A program made the position numbers and the translations under genes. Shown piece after piece: positions 56,346-64,000 of a DNA stretch of 64,000 nt. Source of the stretch: Macrostomum lignano. Its lineage: Eukaryota. The notes under the pieces are model-generated. The model was not told where the DNA came from and made no database searches. It saw nothing but the letters and a program-made list of their open reading frames with translations. The stretch lies in contig NIVC01002525.1 in assembly GCA_002269645.1 (NCBI GenBank), forward strand, positions 1 through 64,000, given 5' to 3'. The first letter of the stretch is position 1, and each line of letters begins with the position of its first letter.

Positions 56346-59300
56346 AATGACGGATAGACAGACAGGCGCAGCATGCCGAACCTCAAGTCCAAAGCCATGG
56401 AGGTGTTGGTCTCCTCATCCTCGCGCCAGCGCCCGCCAGCCACGATCAGCACCGACTGGAGCCGGCAGCAGGCGAAGTCGCTCCTGGGCTCGGGCAGGCG
56501 CAGCCGGTCGCACAGAGTTGCCAGGCCGCTCCGCGGGTCAATCAGGTAGGCCGAGGCGCTCCGCGGGTCCCGCACCGCCTGCTCGGGGCGGCGTCGACGT
56601 CGACGAGTAGAGAAGACGCCAGAGTCCCAGCCGCCCAGCAACAGCAGGCATTCGTGAGTGAGCCGAGGCGACCCGGCGTGCCGGCAGAGGCTTTTAAACA
56701 TTTTCGAACGACGAAAACTGCTAAAATATTGATAGGCATCCATGTGACTGAGAGCTCGCTGGCTGGCTGGGGAGAGCAGGTCGAACCTGAGAGCGGCTAG
56801 CAGGCACATCTGGTCCCACAGCGGGGTCAGGCGATTTGACAGCCACCCGAGCAGCGGTTCAACTAGGCTGTCTTCTGACCAAGCGTTCAACCTGGAATTT
56901 TTTCCTCATTTCTAGATCGATCTAGTCCTGGAGGGTGAGACTTCCCCGATCATCTCTAGTCCTGGAGGGTGAGACTTCCCCGGTCATCTTTAGTCCTGGA
57001 GGGTGAGACTTCCCCGATCATCTATAGTCCTGGAGGGTGAGACTTCCCTGATCATCTCTAGTCCTGGAGGGTGAGACTTCCCCGATCATCTCTAGTCCTG
57101 GAGGGTGAGACTTCCCTCATCATCTCTAGTCCTGGAGGGTGAGACTTCCCCGATCATCTCTAGTCCTGGAGGGTGAGAGGGTGAGACTTCCCCGATCATC
57201 TCTAGTCCTGGAGGGTGAGACTTCCCCGATCATCTCTAGTCCTGGAGGGTGAGACTTCCCCGATCATCTCTAGTCCTGGAGGGTGAGACTTCCCTGATTA
57301 TCTCTAGTCCTAGAAGGTGAGAATTCCCAAATCATCTCTTGTCCTGGGGTGAGACTTCCCCGATTATCTCTAGTCCTGAGGGTTGAGACTTTCTCGATCA
57401 TCTTTAGGCCGGGAAGGTGAGATGAACTCACCTTTTATCTCTGAGCAGTTCCACAATGGTCTCGGCACTGAACTCCATGAACTCTGGTCTTTTTGCTGCG
57501 GTTAAAAAATGTACAAGCAGAAAGTCTCTCGCAGCATCGATGGCTGGCAGGCCGGTGGCAGAGAAAACTTTTACCTGCTGCCAAATATCGCAAATTGTGG
57601 TCACTGATAGATTAGTCCGAATGAATGACTCAGTGTAAGCCAATAGGCTGGAGCATTCGAAAACTCTGGCAACAACTAAGGCCTCCTGAATTAGAGAGAT
57701 GCTCATGTCCCTGCGAGTATGGATGGGGTAAGATTGTTACCCTGCAGTTGTTTGTTCGAAAATAGTCATATACAAGATCTCGGCTCACCAATGTCTTTTT
57801 ATTCAAATTTCCTGACTTGGAGCATTGGATGTTGGTGTTCTGTTTCCTTGATATCACAGTGGATGTTGGTGTTCTGTTCCCTTGATATCACAGTGGATGT
57901 TGGTGTTCTGTTCCCTTGATATCACAGTGGAAGTTGGTGTTCTGTTCCCTTGATATCACAATGGATTTTGGTGTTCTGTTCCCTTGATATCACAATGGAT
58001 GTTGGTGTTCTGTTCCCTTGATATCACAATGGATGTTGGTGTTCTGTTCCCTTGATATCACAATGGATGTTGGTGTTCTGTTCCCTTGATATCACAATGG
58101 ATTTTGGTGTTCTGTTCCCTTGATATCACAATGGATGTTGGTGTTCTGTTCCCTTGATATCACAATGGATGTTGGTGTTCTGTTCCCTTGATATCACAAT
58201 GGATGTTGGTGTTCTGTTCCCTTGATATCACAATGGATGTTGGTGTTCTGTTCCCTTGATATCACAGTGGATGTTGGTGTTCTGTTCCCTTGATATCACA
58301 ATGGATGTTGGTGTTCTGTTACTTTGATATCACAGTGGATATTGGTGTTCTGTTCCCTTCATATCACAATGGATGTTGGTGTTCTGTTCCCTTGATATCA
58401 CAGTGGATGTTGGTGTTCTGTTCCCTTGATATCACAGTGGAAGTTGGTGTTCTGTTCTCTTGATATCACAGTGGATGTTGGTGTTCTGTTACTTTGATAT
58501 CACAGTGGATGTTGGTGTTCTGTTCCCTGGATATCACAATGGATGTTGGTGTTCTGTTACTTTGATATCACAGTGGATGTTGGTGTTCTGTTCCCTTGAT
58601 ATCACAGTGGATGTTGGTGTTCTGTTCCCTTGATATCACAGTGGATGTTGGTGTTCTGTTCCCTTGATATCACAGTGGATGTTGGTGTTCTGTTACTTTG
58701 ATATCACAGTGGATGTTGGTGTTCTGTTCCCTTGATATCACAATGGATGTTGGTGTTCTGTTCCCTTGATATCACAGTGGATGTTGGTGTTCTGTTCCCT
58801 TGATATCACAATGGATGTTGATGTTCTGTTCCCTTGATATCACAGTGGATGTTGATGTTCTGTTTCCTTTATATCACAATGGATGTTGATGTTCTGTTCC
58901 CTTGATATCACAGTGGATGTTGGTGTTCTGTTACTTTGATATCACAGTGGATGTTGATGTTCTGTTTCCTTTATATCACAATGGATGTTGATGTTCTGTT
59001 CCCTTGATATCACAGTGGATGTTGGTGTTCTGTTACTTTGATATCACAGTGGATGTTGGTGTTCTGTTCCCTTGATATCACAATGGATGTTGGTGTTCTG
59101 TTCCCTTGATATCACAGTGGATGCTGGTGTTCTGTTCTTTTGATATCAAAATGAATGTTCTGATGGTCCTCCATCTCATCACTATCCTTGTGGATGCTGG
59201 TCTTCGGTCACCTTACTATCCAAGCGAGACCACTATCAGTATGCATCTTACAGCTATAGTATTGCGGCTCCAATGCCAATGATGATTTCAATCGCAAATA

Positions 59301-59583
59301 AGAGCTTTTCTCACCTGACTCGATCGAAATGACAGAAGTACAGCAGTAGTTCCAGGCCTTTCAAGCAGCAGATATCAGATTCAGTCACGACAAGCGGTTC
59401 CTCTGATTCGCCGTGTCTCAGGCAGCGCTCGTAGAAGAAGTAACTCTTGGTTACTAGAGAGTGCATGTGCACTTTAATTATCTGGCCACAAATAATCAGA
59501 CGGTGTCTCATTAGATTTGGCTCGAATCCTGCAAGCAGATTACAGTCGATGGAGCTGCTGCCGGGGTATTTATGGGAATGCAT
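54207..59583 (-). CDS. BTB-BACK-Kelch (KLHL-family) protein, about 641 aa
   Basis: Exons on the minus strand: 59583-59315 (BTB: LIICGQIIKVHMHSLVTKSYFF), 57710-57432 (BACK: AARDFLLVHF...PEFMEFSAETIVELL), 56891-56382, 56193-56061, 55435-54903 and 54408-54207. Kelch motifs LLLLGG, VLIVAGG, VFVIGG, IIACGG and ILVLGG with W..(L/I).P..R. Total 1926 nt in frame. The start codon and the 56382 and 54903 donors are less certain. Confidence 0.8.
54530..54890. repeat. CT-rich low-complexity tract (KLHL last intron)
   Basis: CTCTACC/CTCTCCA units. Confidence 0.9.
55590..55925. repeat. 34-bp minisatellite (KLHL intron 4)
   Basis: Unit TGGATGCTGGTGCTCCATCTCCTCACTATCATGG. Confidence 0.93.
56232..56345. repeat. 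(GACA)n microsatellite (KLHL intron 3)
   Basis: GACA run. Confidence 0.95.
56920..57420. repeat. 34-bp minisatellite (KLHL intron 2)
   Basis: Unit CTAGTCCTGGAGGGTGAGACTTCCCCGATCATCT. Confidence 0.93.
57820..59220. repeat. 34-bp minisatellite (KLHL intron 1)
   Basis: Unit TGGATGTTGGTGTTCTGTTCCCTTGATATCACAG, about 39 copies. Confidence 0.95.
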
Positions 59584-60479
59584 TGTATTTTTGTAAGTGC
59601 CAAGTTCCCAACTTCAATAGCATAGAGACATTCGTTACTTGAAGGGATTAATTAAAGTCCGATCTCCACTCGGCCAGCTCAGGTCCTGAGTCTTGATTCG
59701 GTGTCTATGGCTTTAACAGCTGGAAATTTAGTGCCATGTGGAGCTGTTCACAAGGGGACAAACCAACCTAGAAATGCTATCGTATGATTGATGTAGATAA
59801 AACTGACAGCTCAGCAACGGAGTGACAACTTCGAAACTGAAGATGTGGAGGTGACAGTTAAATAAAACAGGATTTAGTAAAGCTCCAGGACCGATCGCAG
59901 GATGAAAGCTGATTAAAAGCTACCCAAGATCATTATATTCGTATTGTACGCTCGTAGTTGTGTGCTAATACCAATATGGCTTATGAGTTTCGAGTACTTG
60001 CAAGCAGCTTGATTCCAATTAAGAGCGCGGTTTATAAAATCCGTCAGTGTGAAAAGCAAACTGCTTCTCCTTTAAGTCAACCTATTCGTGGTTAGATATG
60101 TACGATCAGAAAGCGTTGCACATGGACCGCTAGGATTTCACTTCGTTTAACTAGTGCAGCCAGTGTTAGACTGATCCGCTGTGTTTAGCAGTGGAAACAT
60201 GGTAAACATGATTGGTAAACATGGGTTAACATTCTTATAAGTGGATTTTAATTGGTTTGATTTGGTAGGTTGCTGCTACCTGCAGGTTCCTGATTTTCTC
60301 TAATCCCAGTACTTAGCGATCAAAAATAGACAGGAAACCAACGATTTATTTACTCAAAGAAAAAACGAGCAAAAATGAAATGAGCATGCAATAGGTTTTC
60401 GCAAATACTTCCCTTAAGGTGGTGCAGTTCAGTTAGACATTGGCTACCTTTTGTGCACTGTTATGGGCATCGACTACCG

Positions 60480-60620
60480 TTAACAGTTTTACCCCGATCT
60501 ATCCTTACTTTTCTTGCCTTAATGCTCGTAACTTGGCTGACAAGTTCCAAGACCGCCACTTAGGAAACGCAACAAACGCTTCTTCTCAAAGAGCCCCAAC
60601 CGCTGGATAATTAGGAAGAC
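60480..60620 (+). mobile_element. Possible LINE ORF2 endonuclease N-terminal remnant
   Basis: YFSCLNARNLADKF (60506 onward) resembles the xNARSL..K start of APE domains. The match is short and followed by stops. Confidence 0.3.
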
Positions 60621-60837
60621 CCAAATTCGCGATCTAACCCACCATGAATATTTTCTCTGGCTAGAACTACTGACAGTAGTGTAAAAACGTATTCTAACCC
60701 GTTTCTAAACTATGACCTACTACAGTAAAATTTAATTTGACGCTGCGTACCGTGATTTTGACATTTTGCAACGTGGCATGTTAGAAGGCGTGTATCAGCC
60801 AAGTTTCTATTGATTGAGTAATTAATTTTTTCCGCAG

Positions 60838-63800
60838 ACTTTCTGGTGTTTCGGTGGACTTTTGGAAGTCGGCTTTGCTTGGCTGCTGCTGGATCTGACT
60901 CACGGCTGGAGATACCTGGCCGGAGTGTCAGTTCTGCCGATGCTTTTGCTTGGCCTGTTTTGGCTGTTCTGGCTGCCGGTGTCACCAAGACAGAGTCTGC
61001 TGCAGGTAGGTGAATGCTTTCGATGAATATCTACACGATCCGCATAATATAAGCACACGTAAGTACACGGGTCCGTGCTACGGTTTGAGATGGATGCAAG
61101 CGTTTCCATTTGTCCTACGTCCTCCGTCCGCTTTCTCCGTCCGCCAAGCTAAACAAATGGATTCATACAGTTACAGGAAAAATCCCTCTTGACTTGGTCA
61201 CAAGATTCAAATTCTCGACGCAAAAGGCCTGTTGCAGACGAACAGCCTTTAGAAACACTTGAAAATCGGCTTCCTTGGCACAGTTTACCTTGGCCATAGA
61301 CATTAGATTATATTACATTAGATCCGGGCACTAATTAATTGATGCGTAAAAGAATACCAGAGGTTTACAACATTATCTGTACCGGTATGATATAAAGTAC
61401 GCAATTTTCTTAGCACAATTTTTTGTGTCCCAAGAGCTCAAATGAGAATGCTCGTAGGAAAATAGGAAATTGAAGAAATAGCGCGCATTAAGTCCGACAT
61501 TAATGACTATCTTATTAAAAATTAACATTTGCAGGGTCGAATTGAGGAAACTCGTCAAGCACTAAACAAAATGGCCGACACGAATTCCCAGCCTCGTTAC
61601 CATGGCGACTTTACCGATGCGGATTTGCATGCCAAAGAGGCGAATGGTAGTCTAAAGGAGATGCTTCGACCAGCCACCTTTCTGCGACTGAGTCTGCAGC
61701 TGGCCGTGATCGCGTTTGCAATGGGATTTAGCTACTACGGCCTGATTGTGTTGAACGTGCAGGTACCGCTACTATTGCGCGAAAAATGTCAGGCAACGGG
61801 AAACGTCTCCTCTGCAGTAGTTAACATTGAAGTTTTTGCTTCTAACTGTGGCAACTGTAAATCCATTAACTACATTGAACTACTGGTATGTCTCAATTCT
61901 ATTAATTTAGATTATTCTGAAACTTTATCCTCAGTATCGCAGAATTTTTATATCGTCTACCGGATCTCTCGCGAACATTTTTTTTCGCTTCGCCAATCAA
62001 TGATGCCTAAAAATTCTTGTTCAAAACAGTTTATTTTCAGATTAAACAGTCGTCACTTAAGGACTAAGTGACTACTTAAACAGTAGTCACTTCCTGTGCT
62101 GTAGACAGTTTCTGTGTTACGAATGAATTTCAGATCCCTACACTCGCCGACTTTGCCACGGCTCTGCTGAACGCTTTCGTTGTCGAACGCTTTTGCGGTC
62201 GTCGGCTCGTCATGTCATTTGCACTGGGCGTTGCCTCAGCTCTCATCCCTCTGCTGGCCTTCTGCATACACATCGCTGTCAGAATCACCTTATTCTTCAT
62301 CATCCGCTTCTTTGTGACCAGCGGATACAGTGTGATCTGGCTGTACGTTCTCGAGGCCTATCCGACTTCGCTCCGAACGACTGCCGTAGCATTTCTCTCG
62401 TCGTTCAGTCGAATCGCGTCCATTCTGATGCCATTTGTGGCTCAGATGTTTCTTGTTCGCGTATCGCTTCTGGGCGGGCTTTTCATCTTCTCTGGAGTTC
62501 TGGCGCTGGCCGCGGTTAGCGCCGCTCTGCTGCCCATCGAGACCAAGGACAGACCGCTGAAACAGACGAAATTAATGGAAGAGGTAATTTTTTCTCGATG
62601 CTAGCCGAATAATCAACGTGTCCCACCTTTAAAATTACAGCCAACGGGTTCTGATTTCTACAAATCTGCGATCGAGCTGAAATTAAATTGTCATACAGTA
62701 CTCGTACACTCATAGCTTGAATTTGCTATGTGACAATACAACTAGTATCTATAGGAAATCATTGATCAGCCGTAAAATTGCCATTAAATCAGTCAGTGTA
62801 GTAGCTAGCAGTACGAAGTAGTCAGCTCGTATTTGAAATTAACTTTATCGTGAGTTCTGACACTACGTCTACCAGATCATGTGGGCTTTCGCTTAAGCCA
62901 CGATTGGAAAGAGGCTGTTGCTGTTGTTAACCCTCATCAGAAACTTCGCGGAAGAGGAGGGTAGGGAGGAGGAGGGCAATTCACAGCCATGTGAGCCAAC
63001 CCCTAAGACACAGAGAGTGTACAAGACTGACCATTTGAAAGTCTGGCCCACTGTGCACCCTGTGTGAGCGTGTGTATGACAAGGACTGCTCAAGTAGAAG
63101 GACGGGAAACCTCGTTTCTTAGAAAATTTTAGGAGGCTCTTTTTCCGAAAAAAATACCCAACGGAGATATAGGAAGTTTTCATTTTTTCTTCAATAGGAG
63201 GCAGACCCATCAATTTTCATCTTTTGATATGTTGAGACTTTCTTATGGCTCTATTGATATTTACCTGGTATAAAGCTTTTCGTTCAGAAATAAGGATTTT
63301 ATGTTAATTTTATGTTTATGTACATCCCCTGTGCGTAAAAATCATAAAAATGCGTGGCAAAGCTCGAATCTTTGGTTTTATGAATCTATTTTATCATCTT
63401 TGTTAGACTTATTTGTTACAAAGTCCGCTAAGAATAAAAAATCGATTTAAAAAACCAGTGAGCCGAGCCGTGCCATTTTAATGGTTTTTAGTCACAGGAC
63501 ATGTACAATTGTCCGTAGAATAAAAAATAACATTTCTAAGATTTGTTTATTTTCAAAGAAACGAGATTTCCCGTCATTCTGCTTGAGTAGTCCTTGGTGT
63601 ATGAGTTCGCCCCTTAGTACAGCATTGGCCTGTTTGTATGTGCTCTGGTTGTTTGACACTGGTTGTGGGCTATATGTCACCGAAGGCACTGTGTCAGGGA
63701 GCCTACGGCAATGCGAACATTGAATATTGAACGTTTATAACAGATTAAATTAAGTGCTTTGATCGTTAACAAAACACACTAATTTCAGGATGACACCTCG

Positions 63801-63893
63801 GATGAGCGGCTGCTGATGAAGGCCAATTCCGAAGTTGACAATCCGCTGCCGCAGCGCTATGGCAGCGTGGAGACTATTGAAAAGAAAGATTGA
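60838..63893 (+). CDS. SVOP: SVOP-like MFS transporter, copy 3 (four intact 3' exons; N-terminal exons not found)
   Basis: Exons 60838-61005, 61535-61885, 62134-62583 and 63789-63893 (TGA), all phase 0 and open, with the same intron positions as copy 1. Confidence 0.8.
63080..63596. mobile_element. Non-autonomous DNA transposon (P- or hAT-type) in the SVOP-3 last intron
   Basis: About 45-bp imperfect TIRs CAAGGACTGCTCAAGTAGAAGGACGGGAAACCTCGTTTCTT / AAGAAACGAGATTTCCCGTCATTCTGCTTGAGTAGTCCTTG. 8-bp TSD GTGTATGA (63072-63079, 63597-63604). Confidence 0.85.
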
Positions 63894-64000
63894 CTGCTTA
63901 GAGAATGTGTGCTATAATTTTACATGAATTTTTCGTTGCGCAGTTGTGCGAAAGCATCATGTCCGATATGTCTTCAGATGCAATAAATCTGCATGTACGG

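Overview
Intron-rich metazoan (eukaryotic) genomic DNA, not prokaryotic. It has GC-rich exons and AT-rich introns filled with minisatellites. The style resembles a free-living flatworm such as Macrostomum, but that is inference only. Contents from left to right: (1) an SVOP-like MFS transporter (5' end outside the window) and a decayed second copy disrupted by a LINE remnant and a foldback element. (2) A complete 18-exon MRP1/ABCC1-type ABC transporter (11711-42220, +, about 1557 aa by my exon assembly), with a duplicated, probably mutually exclusive exon 9a/9b and one GC-AG intron. (3) In its intron 9, a CCC-ended, 2-bp-TSD CACTA/EnSpm-like element (19883-32343) carrying a spliced accessory-gene remnant. 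A very young full-length Ty3/Gypsy retrotransposon (20387-29426) is nested inside it. The Gypsy LTRs contain a complete extra tRNA-Leu PBS and a cassette-exon-like unit, gag-pol has a canonical -1 frameshift signal, and pol has an acidic repeat insert. (4) A QSOX-like gene that has lost its catalytic cysteines. (5) A BTB-BACK-Kelch gene on the minus strand. (6) A third, 5'-truncated but otherwise intact SVOP-like copy. There are also tRNA-derived SINEs, MITEs, and a different tandem array in nearly every large intron. All eight frameshifts I found (SVOP copy 1 and Gypsy) are 1-nt losses in short homopolymers, which points to long-read consensus error rather than biology. All exon structures were assembled by eye and no database search was possible.
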